A DNA stretch of 64,000 nucleotides, taken from NCBI GenBank assembly GCA_041484665.1, contig JBGPIA010000001.1:448001-512000 (forward strand). Reading direction: 5' to 3'. Within the stretch, counting starts at the first letter, position 1. Each line of letters begins with the position of its first letter. Under the pieces are notes generated by a model that saw only the letters and a program-made list of their open reading frames with translations, searched no databases and was not told the origin of the DNA. A program made the translations under genes and the position numbers. Of the stretch, positions 1-9,706 are shown piece after piece. Source of the stretch: Candidatus Krumholzibacteriia bacterium. Lineage in GTDB: Bacteria; Krumholzibacteriota; Krumholzibacteriia; JAJRXK01.

Positions 1-67
1 GGCTTGCACCGGTTGCACCGCGCTACCGGCCGGGCCCGCGCCACCGTCGCGCGCGCCGCTGCGGGGC

Positions 68-982
68 GTGACGCTGGTCGACTGGACCGCGGAGGGCTAT
101 GCGAGCCCGGACGCGGCGGCTTCGATCGATGCGCTGGCCGCCACGGGCGCCAGTACGATGGTGCTCGTGGTCACTGCCTACCAGGCATCCGCAGCCAGCG
201 CCACAGTCCGCGCCGATGACCCGCGCACCCCATCCTCCGCCGCGGTCGCGACGGCGCTGGCCCGCGCGCGGGGGCTGGGCCTGTCGATCATGCTCAAAGT
301 CCACGTCGACCTCGACGACGGGAGCTGGCGCGGCACGATCACGCCCAGCGATGCCGCAGCTTGGTTCGCCTCGTACCGCGCGTTCCTGAGTCCGTGGGCG
401 CAGCTCGCCGCCCAGCAGGGAGTGGCATGGCTGGTGGTCGGCACCGAGCTCGCCGGTACGCTTGCGCATGCCGCGCAGTGGCGTCAGACCATTGTCGCCG
501 CGCGTGCGGCGTTCCCGGGCGCGCTCACCTACGCAGCCTCGTGGGACGAGGCCGCGCTCGTGCCATTCTGGAGGGACCTCGACGCCGTGGGCGTCGACGC
601 CTACTTTCCGCTCGCCGCGCGCGGTGCTCCGTCGCGGCTGGAGATCCTGGGCAACTGGCAGCCCTGGCTCGCTCGACTGCTGCTGCTGTACCGCCAGACC
701 GGGCGCCCGGTCCTGCTGACGGAGATCGGGTATCGCAGCGTCGACGGGGCCGCCCAGGCGCCATTCGCCACCGCCGGCAACGCTCCCGCCGACCTTCAGG
801 AGCAGGCCGACCTGTACTGGGCGGCGCTGGCCGCCACCTCCGATCTCGACGGGCTGGAGGGCCTCTGTTGGTGGGACTGGCCGGCGCGCGCGGACCCCGC
901 GGCGTCGGCCCGGGACTACACGCCGCGCGGCAAGCCCGCCGAGAACGAGCTGCGCGCCGCGTGGAGACCGGTTACGCCGTGA
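68..982 (+). CDS. Glycoside hydrolase family 113 (beta-mannanase-like TIM barrel); true start may lie upstream of the window
   Basis: MLKVHVD..WRGTI, VVGTEL (acid/base), LTYAASWDE, VGVDAYFPL, LLTEIGYRS (nucleophile), YTPRGKPAE motifs. Confidence 0.8.
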   Translation: MTLVDWTAEGYASPDAAASIDALAATGASTMVLVVTAYQASAASATVRADDPRTPSSAAVATALARARGLGLSIMLKVHVDLDDGSWRGTITPSDAAAWFASYRAFLSPWAQLAAQQGVAWLVVGTELAGTLAHAAQWRQTIVAARAAFPGALTYAASWDEAALVPFWRDLDAVGVDAYFPLAARGAPSRLEILGNWQPWLARLLLLYRQTGRPVLLTEIGYRSVDGAAQAPFATAGNAPADLQEQADLYWAALAATSDLDGLEGLCWWDWPARADPAASARDYTPRGKPAENELRAAWRPVTP

Positions 983-1632
983 GCGTCGCCCCGCGGCAAG
1001 GGCAGAGGCTTCGCCTGCGCGCTGCGGCGTGCGCGGTGGGCGTGCTGCTGCATGCTGGGCCCCTTCCCGGCGTCGCGGCGGCAGCGGTCGGCGCCCCCAC
1101 GGCGGCGCGCGCGCCCGGTCTCGCCGCGTCGGCGCCCGCAGGCGCGCGGCGGGTCTTAAGCAGCAGCGCCGTCCCGGTCCTGTTGCGCCCGGGCGCCATC
1201 GAGCTGGGGCTGGCCGGCGCGGTCACTTCTGCCGCGGGGATCACCCGCACGCGGACCGCGCTGGGGGTGGGGACGTTCCGCGCAGCCGGTGCCGGCCTGG
1301 CCAGTGCGGAGCTGGAGCTGGGGTACGCGCACCTGCTCGCGCAGGACGTGTTCGACGCCGGCGCGTCGATCGCCTGGACGTGGCCCATCGGCAACCCGCC
1401 TCTCTATCCGTACGTCGCCGCGGGCGGCGGACTGCGCCAGGAGTGGCTGGGCAGCTTCAGCGCGGCGCGCTATCCGGTGGGCGCGGCGATGGGCTTGCGC
1501 GTCCTGGCCGGCCCGCGCGCCGACGTGCGCGTGGAGTATCGCTATCGCCGCGTACTGCACGATCCGGCCGCGGACTACGACGAGCACGAGCTGTGGTTCG
1601 GGATCGGGCTCCTTCTGCACAACGCTCGCTGA
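979..1632 (+). CDS. Secreted protein, probable outer-membrane beta-barrel
   Basis: GTG start overlaps the GH113 stop (GTGA); signal-like N-terminus; alternating beta-strand pattern (LYPYVAAGGG, VRVEYRYRR, ELWFGIGLLL). Confidence 0.55.
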   Translation: MSVAPRQGQRLRLRAAACAVGVLLHAGPLPGVAAAAVGAPTAARAPGLAASAPAGARRVLSSSAVPVLLRPGAIELGLAGAVTSAAGITRTRTALGVGTFRAAGAGLASAELELGYAHLLAQDVFDAGASIAWTWPIGNPPLYPYVAAGGGLRQEWLGSFSAARYPVGAAMGLRVLAGPRADVRVEYRYRRVLHDPAADYDEHELWFGIGLLLHNAR

Positions 1633-1654
1633 GCGGGGCAGCGCGCTTGCGCGC

Positions 1655-2770
1655 TCAGACGCCGGACCGCGCCGCCAGCACCTGCGCGTAGACCGCCGCG
1701 GTGGCCGCAGCCATGCGCTCGGAGCGGTACACCTGCGCGCGCGCCACGCGCTGCAGGGCGCTGGCGCGGGCAGCGGGCAGCGCCTGCAGCAGGGTCGCGA
1801 TGCGCTGCGCCCACGCCGGCGCGTCGCCGGCCGGCGCCAGGCAGTCCGGGAGCAGCCCCAGCTCTCGGCAGGCCGGCAGATCGCTGCACAGGAGAGGAAC
1901 CCCCAGCAGCATGGCTTCCTTGGGCACGGCGGGGGATCCTTCGCCGCTGATGGATGGGAACAGCAGCAGATCGATCGCGCCCAGTAGATCCGGGACGTCC
2001 TCGCGCGGCCCCAGCCAGCGGATCTGCTCTGCGATGCCCTCGCGCCGCGCCAGCGAGTCCAGGGCCGCGCGCAGTGGCCCTTCTCCCGCGATCAGCCACG
2101 AGGGGCGGGCCCCCTCGCGGCGCAGCGCGCCGAGCGCGCGCACCAAGACCGCGTGCCCCTTGTGCGCCACGAGCTGCCCGACGCTCAGCAGCACCGCTTC
2201 GTCGTCGCGCAGCCCCAACGCGGCGCGGACCTCCCCCCGCGGGCGCGACGCGGCGGCGCGCGCGGCGTCGATGGCGCTGGGCACCACGAAGATGCGCCAC
2301 GGAGCGATTCCGTCCCGCACGAGCTGCTCGCGCACGCTGTGCGCCACGGCAATCCAGGCGTCCGGCCAGCGCCGCTTGCGCCGTGCCAGCAGGTTGCGCG
2401 CGAGCGGGAAGTCCACGCGGCGGTGTGCCAAGAGCGGCGGGCGCTGCCCACGCCCTGCGCGCGGCGCCAACAGCCGCGCCAGGTGCCCGAGCGTGACCGC
2501 ATGGGCGGTGTGGGCGTGGACGAGGGCGATGTCGCTGCCGCGCAGCAGCCGCGCGAGCGCCGGCAGCGCGGCCGGTGAGATCTCGCCCTGCAACGGCAGC
2601 TCCACGACCGACACGCCCGCGACGCCGCGCAGCCGTGCGGCGAGCGGTGCGCCGCACGGCACGGCCACCGTGGCGGGATGCCCCGCGCGCGCAAGGTCGC
2701 GCGTCAGCAGCGCGACCTGCCGCTGCCCGCCGCGATCCTCTCGTCCGGTGTCCAAGTGCAGCACGTGCAT
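1655..2770 (-). CDS. Glycosyltransferase family 4 (GT-B)
   Basis: MHVLHLDTGREDRGGQRQ, VHAHT, HRRVDF, GQLVAHKGH, EGSPAVPKEAM (E-x7-E). Confidence 0.9.
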   Translation of the reverse strand: MHVLHLDTGREDRGGQRQVALLTRDLARAGHPATVAVPCGAPLAARLRGVAGVSVVELPLQGEISPAALPALARLLRGSDIALVHAHTAHAVTLGHLARLLAPRAGRGQRPPLLAHRRVDFPLARNLLARRKRRWPDAWIAVAHSVREQLVRDGIAPWRIFVVPSAIDAARAAASRPRGEVRAALGLRDDEAVLLSVGQLVAHKGHAVLVRALGALRREGARPSWLIAGEGPLRAALDSLARREGIAEQIRWLGPREDVPDLLGAIDLLLFPSISGEGSPAVPKEAMLLGVPLLCSDLPACRELGLLPDCLAPAGDAPAWAQRIATLLQALPAARASALQRVARAQVYRSERMAAATAAVYAQVLAARSGV

Positions 2771-2830
2771 CGAGCCGCCCACGATACACGCGAGGGCGAC
2801 GCGAGGGCCATCTCGCGCTATGCTGCGGCC

Positions 2831-3937
2831 ATGCGCACGCGCGCCATCTTGATCGAGCGCCTCGGTCCGCCCGGTGTGCTGGCCGAGCGCGAGGTGCCGC
2901 TGCCCGACCCCGGTCCGGGTCAAGTCCACGTGACCGTGGAGGCCGCGGGCGTCAACTTCGCCGACCTCATGATGCGTGAGGGGCTCTACTCCACGGTCCC
3001 GCCCCGGCCCTTCAGCCCAGGCTTCGAGATCGCCGGGCGCGTGGCGCGCGTCGGCCCCCCGGCGTGCGATGCGGCAGGACCCGGCCCAGCGCCGGGGACT
3101 CCGTTCAGCCAGCCGGAGGTATTCAAGGAAGGCGACCGCGTCGTGGCGCTCCTGCGCTACGGCGGCTATGCCCACGACGTGATCGTCCCCGCGGACCATT
3201 TGTTTCCGTGCCCCGACGCCTTCTCCGCCATCGAGGCCGCCGCCGTCCCCGTGGTGTTCCTGACGGCATGGGTGTGCCTGTTCGAGGCCGCCCGCGTCCG
3301 TCCGCAGGAGACCGTGCTCGTGCTGGGAGCCGGGGGCGGAGTGGGGACCGCAGCCGTCCAGCTCGCGGCACAGCACGGCCTGCGCGTCGTGGCCACTGCC
3401 GGCGATCCGCGCAAGCGCGAGTTCGTCTGCAAGGAGCTGGGCGCGGCCGCCTGTTTCGACTCGCGCGGGGACTGGGAGCAAGACGTACGCGCGCTGCTGG
3501 GCGAGCGAGGCCTCGATGTAGCGCTGGACCCCGTCGGCGGCCGGGCGACGGCTGCCTGCCGCCGGCTGCTGGGCCCGTTGGGCCGGCTGGTGTTCTACGG
3601 CCTCAGTGCGGCGGCGCCCGGCCAGCGCCGCAACTGGGCGCGCGTTGCGTGGACGCTGCTGCACACGCCCTGGTTCCATCCCCTGGGGCTCATCGAGCCC
3701 AACCTCGGCATCCTCGGCGTGCACCTGCTGCACCTGGGCCGCCGCGAGCCGCTGCTCCGCGAGGCCTTCGCGCAGCTGGCGCCCCGCCTGGTCGCGCGCC
3801 GGCTGCGGCCGGTGATCGACAGCGTGTTCCCCCTGACGCGCGCGGGCGCGGTCCAGGCTCACGCACATCTGCACGCGCGCCGCAACCTGGGCAAGGTGGT
3901 GCTCGCGGTGGACGCACCGGCCGCGGGTACGCGGTGA
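2831..3937 (+). CDS. Zinc-independent MDR / quinone oxidoreductase (VAT-1-like)
   Basis: AAGVNFADLMMREGLY, PGFEIAG, LGAGGGVGTAAVQLA, RRNLGKVVL. Confidence 0.9.
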   Translation: MRTRAILIERLGPPGVLAEREVPLPDPGPGQVHVTVEAAGVNFADLMMREGLYSTVPPRPFSPGFEIAGRVARVGPPACDAAGPGPAPGTPFSQPEVFKEGDRVVALLRYGGYAHDVIVPADHLFPCPDAFSAIEAAAVPVVFLTAWVCLFEAARVRPQETVLVLGAGGGVGTAAVQLAAQHGLRVVATAGDPRKREFVCKELGAAACFDSRGDWEQDVRALLGERGLDVALDPVGGRATAACRRLLGPLGRLVFYGLSAAAPGQRRNWARVAWTLLHTPWFHPLGLIEPNLGILGVHLLHLGRREPLLREAFAQLAPRLVARRLRPVIDSVFPLTRAGAVQAHAHLHARRNLGKVVLAVDAPAAGTR

Positions 3938-3944
3938 TCCGACT

Positions 3945-6056
3945 TTGAACGGCACCGCTCCACCGCCGCGCAGGGCGCGGGCGCGCCTGGCGCTCGCAGT
4001 CGCTCTGGCCGGCCTGGGTCCGCTGCTGCTCGGGCTGGTCGTGTTCCGGCAGGGCATTCAGCTGCGCGACGACGGGCTCTGGTTGCTGGGCGCCCAGCTG
4101 CTCGGTCAGGGCGGTGTGCTCTATCGCGACCTGTTCGTCGCCGACGGCCCAGCGCGCTACGTGATGTTGGGGCCATTCCTCGCCGCCGCCGGGGGCAGCG
4201 CTCTGGGGCTCGTGTGGCTGAAGAGCGTCTGCAGCGCAGCGGCAGCGGCAGCGGGCTTCTGGGCGGCGCAGCGCACGGGCGCGGGCGCGCGCGCGTGGCT
4301 GGTGCCGCTGGGCGTCGTTGCGTTGGGGCCCCCACCGCCGTGGATCGTCACGCTGGGCGTGCTGGCGGTGCTCTTTGGCCATGCGCTCGACTGTGCGCGC
4401 GATCGGTGGCTCCCCCCGCGCTCGGCGCTGCTGTGGGGCTGCGCGTTCGGCACGCTGGGCTGGTTCGGCGCCGGCGCCGGGGTGGCGGGGGCGTTCGTGC
4501 TGCTGGCGAGCGCAGCCATCGCGCGCGCGGGCATCCTGCGGTCGCGCGCTCTCGCGGCGCGGCTGGCCGTGGGGCTGCTCGCGGTCGTCGCGCTTCCGCT
4601 GGCGCTGGCGGCGCTCTCGGGTGCGCTCGATACCGCGCTCTGGGACACGGTGGTGCACCCGCTGCGACAGTGGCAGCAGCAGATGGCGCACGGCGGCCTG
4701 CTCGCGTGGCTGCGCACGCTGCGCTCTGGCGCATGGCTCGACCTCCCCTTCGCCGAGCTCGCGACGGGCGAGCGGCTGGGCGCCGCCTGGCCCGCCCACG
4801 CTGCCCTGCGCTCGCTGGCCTTGCGGCTGCTGCTGCTGGCGATCTGGGTGGTGCCGCCGCTGGCGTTGAGTCTGCGGCGCCGCGGCGCGCAGGCCGGGAT
4901 CGAGGCGGGGTTGTGCGCATTCGCGCTGGCCGGATGGGGCGTGCTGGTACCCGCCGGCGGCCTCAATCACCTGCGCGCCGGCTGGCTGGGCTCGCTGTGG
5001 GTGCTCCCGGCCGTGCTGGCGCCGTCACGCCTGCCACCGCGCGCGCAGCCCGTGGGGCGCGCCGCAGCGTGGGTGCTCGCGCTGGGCGCGCTCGGTCCGC
5101 TAGCCGCCGAGCCGCTCTGGCTCGGGCTGCACGCGCGGCGCGCAACGCTGCAGACGTGGGAGCGCCCGCGGGCGGGCGTCCAGCTCTCCCCGGCGCGGGC
5201 GGAGGGCCTCGACGGCGTGCTCGCCGACATCGTCGCGCGGACGGGCGGCAACAACGGCACGCCCGCCGCGCCCGTGCTCATCTGGCCCGCGCAACCGGGG
5301 CTGCAGTTCCTGCTGGACGCGCCGCTGGCCACCGCGCAGGCGACCGTCGGGCCCGGAGAGGTGCGCGACCCAGCCAGCGTGATCGCCTCGTTGGACGCCT
5401 CGGCCCCGCCGGTCGCGCTGCTGAGTCCGGTGTTGAGCCACTCGCGCGACCAGCTGCGGGCTGACGCCCCGCAGCTGTGGAGTTATCTGCGTCGCAACTA
5501 CTCCCTGGTCGGGAACGTCGTCGACCGCCCCGACGAGTTCCGCGTGCTCGCGCGCGTGCCGGGCGGGCTGAAGGAGATGCTCGCCCTGCCGCTGCCGGCG
5601 CGGCTGCCCGACCTGGAGCAAGCGGTGGGAAATGACGCGAGCCCTGCCTTGGTCAAGGACGCCACCGTGGGGCAGAGCTTTCCCGTCGGCGACCTCGACC
5701 TGGCGGGGATCGCCGTACGCTGGCGCACGCGGCGGCCGGACGTGCACGCGCGCGTGCGCGTCGCGGTCTGGCTGCAGCGTGGCGGGAAGTTCGACACGCT
5801 GCTGGACTTCTTCGACGTCGACGTCACGATCGCGCGCGATCTCGACCGCAGCTTCCTGCGCTTCGGGCCGATCACCGGCACGGCCAACGGTACCGTCGCC
5901 GTGACCTTCGAGCTGCGCGACACCACGCCGCAGGAGATCCGTCTGCTGTGGCACCGCCATGACGCGACGCAGCACGTGGCCGACTTCCTCCCTGACGGAT
6001 CGGCGCTGGTGAACATGCAGCCGGTGGCGGCCGACCTCTACTTCTTCTCGTACTGA
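3945..6056 (+). CDS. Polytopic membrane protein, GT-C-like (ArnT/PMT-type) with a C-terminal extracytoplasmic domain
   Basis: N-terminal TM helix followed by DDG...GGVLYRDLF..GP, about 10 hydrophobic segments, soluble beta-rich C-terminus. Confidence 0.55.
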   Translation: MNGTAPPPRRARARLALAVALAGLGPLLLGLVVFRQGIQLRDDGLWLLGAQLLGQGGVLYRDLFVADGPARYVMLGPFLAAAGGSALGLVWLKSVCSAAAAAAGFWAAQRTGAGARAWLVPLGVVALGPPPPWIVTLGVLAVLFGHALDCARDRWLPPRSALLWGCAFGTLGWFGAGAGVAGAFVLLASAAIARAGILRSRALAARLAVGLLAVVALPLALAALSGALDTALWDTVVHPLRQWQQQMAHGGLLAWLRTLRSGAWLDLPFAELATGERLGAAWPAHAALRSLALRLLLLAIWVVPPLALSLRRRGAQAGIEAGLCAFALAGWGVLVPAGGLNHLRAGWLGSLWVLPAVLAPSRLPPRAQPVGRAAAWVLALGALGPLAAEPLWLGLHARRATLQTWERPRAGVQLSPARAEGLDGVLADIVARTGGNNGTPAAPVLIWPAQPGLQFLLDAPLATAQATVGPGEVRDPASVIASLDASAPPVALLSPVLSHSRDQLRADAPQLWSYLRRNYSLVGNVVDRPDEFRVLARVPGGLKEMLALPLPARLPDLEQAVGNDASPALVKDATVGQSFPVGDLDLAGIAVRWRTRRPDVHARVRVAVWLQRGGKFDTLLDFFDVDVTIARDLDRSFLRFGPITGTANGTVAVTFELRDTTPQEIRLLWHRHDATQHVADFLPDGSALVNMQPVAADLYFFSY

Positions 6057-6226
6057 TCGCGCGGTATTCGTGCGAAACGCCCGCGCCGCGAGCGGACACG
6101 CTCGATGGGCGCGCGGCGAGTGCGCACCAGATTCTGCTCCGCTCGCCCGCGTCGCGCCAGCGCAGGACTCTCCGCGGCAGGATCGACCTGGCCGGGTGCG
6201 CGGCGCGGCGGTAGACTCCGCGCGCC

Positions 6227-7375
6227 ATGACCGAGGCGGCTCCTTCCTCCCGCGATCCCGCGCCCGGCTCCCCCGTCTCCCCCGTCGCCGAGCTGCGCCG
6301 CCGCGCGCTGGCCGTTGGGTTCGGGATCATCGCCCTCGTGCTGTTCACCCTGCTGGTGGTGATCTATGCGCCGGTGGCGCGGCCGATCCTGTGGGCCGCA
6401 GCGCTTGCAACCCTCTTCTTCCCGCTGCACCGGCGAATCCTGGCCCTGGTGGGCGGGCGCGCGCGGTTGGCCGCGACCATCTCCACGGTGCTGACGCTGG
6501 CGATCTTCGCCGTACCAGCCTGGCTGTTCGTGACCCGCTTCATTACCGAGGTGCGCGACCTGTGGCCGGCGATTCGCGCCTCCATGGGCTCGGAAGCATT
6601 CCAGCGCATCGCAACTTGGATCGACCATTCGCGACTGCGCCCGGCGCTCGTGTGGGTGCTCCCCGAGCAGGCGCGCCTGGGACCGCAGGGGATCGAGGAG
6701 AGCCTGCGGCAGGTCGTCTCGGGCTTCTCCGAGCTGGCCGTCAGTCATGTGCGCGAAATCGGCCGCAACGTGCCCGGCACTGCCGTCGGCGCTGGCATGA
6801 CGGTGGTCACCTACTTCTTCTTCTTGCGTCATGGCCCGGGCTGGCTGGCGCAGTTGCAGCGCGGGCTCCCCTTGGAGCCCGAGCTGGCCGCGCACCTGCT
6901 GCGCCTGGCCGGCCAGACGATCAATGCGGTGTTCCGCGGTGTGGTCATCACGGCAGTCGTGCAGGCGTTCCTGGCCGGCGTGGGCTACGCCGTGGCGGGA
7001 GCTCCGGTCCCCGTCGTGATGGGCACCATCACGCTGATCGCGGCGCTGATCCCGTTCGTGGGCCCGGTGGTGATCTGGCTCCCGATTGCCGTGGGTCTCA
7101 TGTTGACCGGGCACATGGCCGCCGGCGTCGGCCTGTTCCTGTGGGGCACGCTGGTGGTGAGCCTGGTGGACAACACGTTGCGTCCTTGGCTGATCGGACG
7201 TGAGACCAAGCTGCCGATCCTGTGGCTGTTCCTGGCCATCCTGGGCGGCCTGCGCGCGTTCGGGTTCCTGGGGCTGCTGCTGGGGCCGGCAGTGCTGGCG
7301 CTGTTCTTGGCCTGCTACCGCGTCTACAGCGAGTCCCGGCGGCCCGAGGTGGCTGGCCCCCCGGGCTCCCCATGA
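6227..7375 (+). CDS. AI-2E family transporter
   Basis: PILWAAALA, YFFFLRHG, LIPFVG, DNTLRPWLIG, GGLRAFGFLGLLLGP. Confidence 0.92.
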   Translation: MTEAAPSSRDPAPGSPVSPVAELRRRALAVGFGIIALVLFTLLVVIYAPVARPILWAAALATLFFPLHRRILALVGGRARLAATISTVLTLAIFAVPAWLFVTRFITEVRDLWPAIRASMGSEAFQRIATWIDHSRLRPALVWVLPEQARLGPQGIEESLRQVVSGFSELAVSHVREIGRNVPGTAVGAGMTVVTYFFFLRHGPGWLAQLQRGLPLEPELAAHLLRLAGQTINAVFRGVVITAVVQAFLAGVGYAVAGAPVPVVMGTITLIAALIPFVGPVVIWLPIAVGLMLTGHMAAGVGLFLWGTLVVSLVDNTLRPWLIGRETKLPILWLFLAILGGLRAFGFLGLLLGPAVLALFLACYRVYSESRRPEVAGPPGSP

Positions 7376-7408
7376 CCGTTTCCCCGGCGACGCCGGGCTT
7401 GCGACCGA

Positions 7409-8221
7409 ATGGTGAGCACGATGAGCACGACGCGGGACCTGGACGGACGGATCGAGACCCGCCACATCGCCGTCACCGGCGCCGGCACGGGAATCGGCCG
7501 GGCCATCGCCCTGCGCCTGGCGCGCGAGGGCCCACGCCTGAGCTTGATGGCACGCGACGTGGCGCGGCTGCAGGAGGCGGGCGAGGAGGCACGGCGCGCG
7601 GGGGCCGCCGGCGTAGCCTGGTGGCGTTGCGACATCCGCGCGCAGGCGCAGGTGGATGAAGCGTTCGCCGCCGCGGCGCGCGAGCACGGGCCGCTCCACG
7701 CGCTGATCGCCAACAGCGGCATCGGCGGCGCCAACGCGCCGGGCCCAGGCGACCGCTTCGACGAGCTCGTCTCCACCAACCTCAGCGGCACGTACTACTG
7801 CCTGCGCGCAGCGCAGCGGCAGCTCGCGCCCGGCCCGGGCGTGCGCCATCTGGTGGCAATCAGCTCCGTGCTGGCGCGCTTCGGCGTGCCTGGCCACACG
7901 GGCTATTGTGCAGCCAAGGCCGGCGTGTTGGGGCTGGTGCGCGCGCTGGCCCACGAGCTGGCGCAGGACAACGTGCAGGTTAACGCTCTCTGTCCGGGGT
8001 GGGTCGATACCGCGATGGCTGCCCGCGGCATCCGGGAGATCGCGGAGGGTCTGAAGACCAGCTACGACGTCGCCCGGCGCCGTGCTGTCGGCGCCGTGCC
8101 GCTGCGACGCATGAGCGAGCCGAAGGACGTGGCCGGCGTGGTGGCCTGGCTCCTGTCCGAGGACGCGCGCGGCATCACCGGGCAGGCGATCGACGTCAAC
8201 AACGGCGCCTGGATGGGCTGA
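7409..8221 (+). CDS. SDR family oxidoreductase
   Basis: TGAGTGIG, NSGIGG, YCAAK catalytic motif, VNALCPGWVDT. Confidence 0.92.
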   Translation: MVSTMSTTRDLDGRIETRHIAVTGAGTGIGRAIALRLAREGPRLSLMARDVARLQEAGEEARRAGAAGVAWWRCDIRAQAQVDEAFAAAAREHGPLHALIANSGIGGANAPGPGDRFDELVSTNLSGTYYCLRAAQRQLAPGPGVRHLVAISSVLARFGVPGHTGYCAAKAGVLGLVRALAHELAQDNVQVNALCPGWVDTAMAARGIREIAEGLKTSYDVARRRAVGAVPLRRMSEPKDVAGVVAWLLSEDARGITGQAIDVNNGAWMG

Positions 8222-8316
8222 GCGGCGCCGCGCCGCCCGTCCTGCCCGCGGCTGGCGGGCTCGCCGCGAGTTTTCCTGCGAGCAGCCTGCGCGCTCGCCT
8301 GCTATCTTGGTCCGCC

Positions 8317-9600
8317 ATGGATGCTTCAACGACCCCCAGCAAAGGCGCGGCTCGCGGCCCCCTGCTGGTTGTCTTCCTCACGGTCTTCATCGACCTGCTG
8401 GGATTCGGCATCGTCATCCCGCTGTTGCCGATCTACTCGAAGGCGTACGGGGCCAGCGAGCTGCAGCTCGGCCTGCTCTTCTCCTCGTTCTCGGCGATGC
8501 AGCTGTTGTTCGCGCCGATGTGGGGACGTGTCTCCGATCGCTGGGGCCGGCGGCCCGTCATGATCGGCGGGCTGTTGGGAACGGCCGCATCGTACTTCGT
8601 GTTCGGCCTGGCGCGCTCGCTGCCGCTCTTGTTCGCCTCGCGCATGCTGGCGGGCTTCTTCGGCGCCAACGTTTCGACGGCGCAGGCCTACATCGCCGAC
8701 GTCACGCAGGCCAAGGACCGCGCCAAGGGCATGGGGCTGGTGGGCGCGGCCTTCGGGCTGGGGTTCACCTTCGGGCCGCTGCTGGGCGGCGAGCTGGTGC
8801 GTGTGTCGCTCAGCATGCCCGGGTTCGTGGCCGCGGCGCTGTCGCTGACCGCAGCGACAGTGGGTTTCTTCCGGCTCACCGAGCCGCCGGGGCGCCGCGG
8901 CGGCTCCTCGCGCATCTTCTCGCTGGACACCTTGGGCGTGGCGCTGCGTGACGGGCGCATCGGCATGATCCTGCTGCTCTATTTCCTGGCGATCCTGGCC
9001 TTCTCCGCCTTCGAGTCCATGTTCATCCGGTTCGGGCTGGCGCGCTTCCCGGACGTGTTCCGGGTCGCCGGTTCGCTCACGGGGTCCACCACCGAGCAGG
9101 TGATGGCCGCCGCGCCCATCGCTGGACGCTACATGTTCTTCATCGGGCTCGTGTCGGCGGTGATCCAGGGCGGGTTGATCCGGCGCCTCGTGCCGCGCTT
9201 CGGGGAGAGCGGATTGATCGTCGCCGGTCCCTTCCTGCTGGCAGCGTCTCTGCTGACCATCGCGGCGGCGCCCACCTGGCCGATCGTCATCGTCGGCTGC
9301 GCCTTGATGCCGTTGGGCTTCGGGATCAATAACCCCTCACTCAACGGGCTGCTCTCCCGCGCCGCGCCGCAGGACGAGCAGGGGGCGTTCTTAGGCCTGA
9401 ACCAGTCGCTGGCGAGCCTGGCCCGCGTGGTGGGGCCGGTGATGGCCGCGACGGCGTTCCAGCTGCGCGGGCCTCGCAGCCCGTTCTTCATCTCGTCGGG
9501 GATCCTGTTGGTAGCCACCGCGCTGGCCGCCGACTTCCGCCGGCGCTTCGGGCGCCAGATCGAGCAGCAGATCCACGAGCCGGTCGTGACCGAGTTCTGA
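8317..9600 (+). CDS. MFS transporter (TetA/DHA1-like)
   Basis: DLLGFGIVIPLLP, GRVSDRWGRRP (motif A), AYIADVT, GAAFGLGFTFGPLLGG. Confidence 0.92.
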   Translation: MDASTTPSKGAARGPLLVVFLTVFIDLLGFGIVIPLLPIYSKAYGASELQLGLLFSSFSAMQLLFAPMWGRVSDRWGRRPVMIGGLLGTAASYFVFGLARSLPLLFASRMLAGFFGANVSTAQAYIADVTQAKDRAKGMGLVGAAFGLGFTFGPLLGGELVRVSLSMPGFVAAALSLTAATVGFFRLTEPPGRRGGSSRIFSLDTLGVALRDGRIGMILLLYFLAILAFSAFESMFIRFGLARFPDVFRVAGSLTGSTTEQVMAAAPIAGRYMFFIGLVSAVIQGGLIRRLVPRFGESGLIVAGPFLLAASLLTIAAAPTWPIVIVGCALMPLGFGINNPSLNGLLSRAAPQDEQGAFLGLNQSLASLARVVGPVMAATAFQLRGPRSPFFISSGILLVATALAADFRRRFGRQIEQQIHEPVVTEF

Positions 9601-9706
9601 GGGCGGTAGCACGCGGCGGCCGGCACCGGACGCTTGCGCGGCGCGCGTGCCCTGCGCGCCAGCGCGGGGACTCAGCACGCAACGACGGCGGAGCGGGCGC
9701 TGCGGC

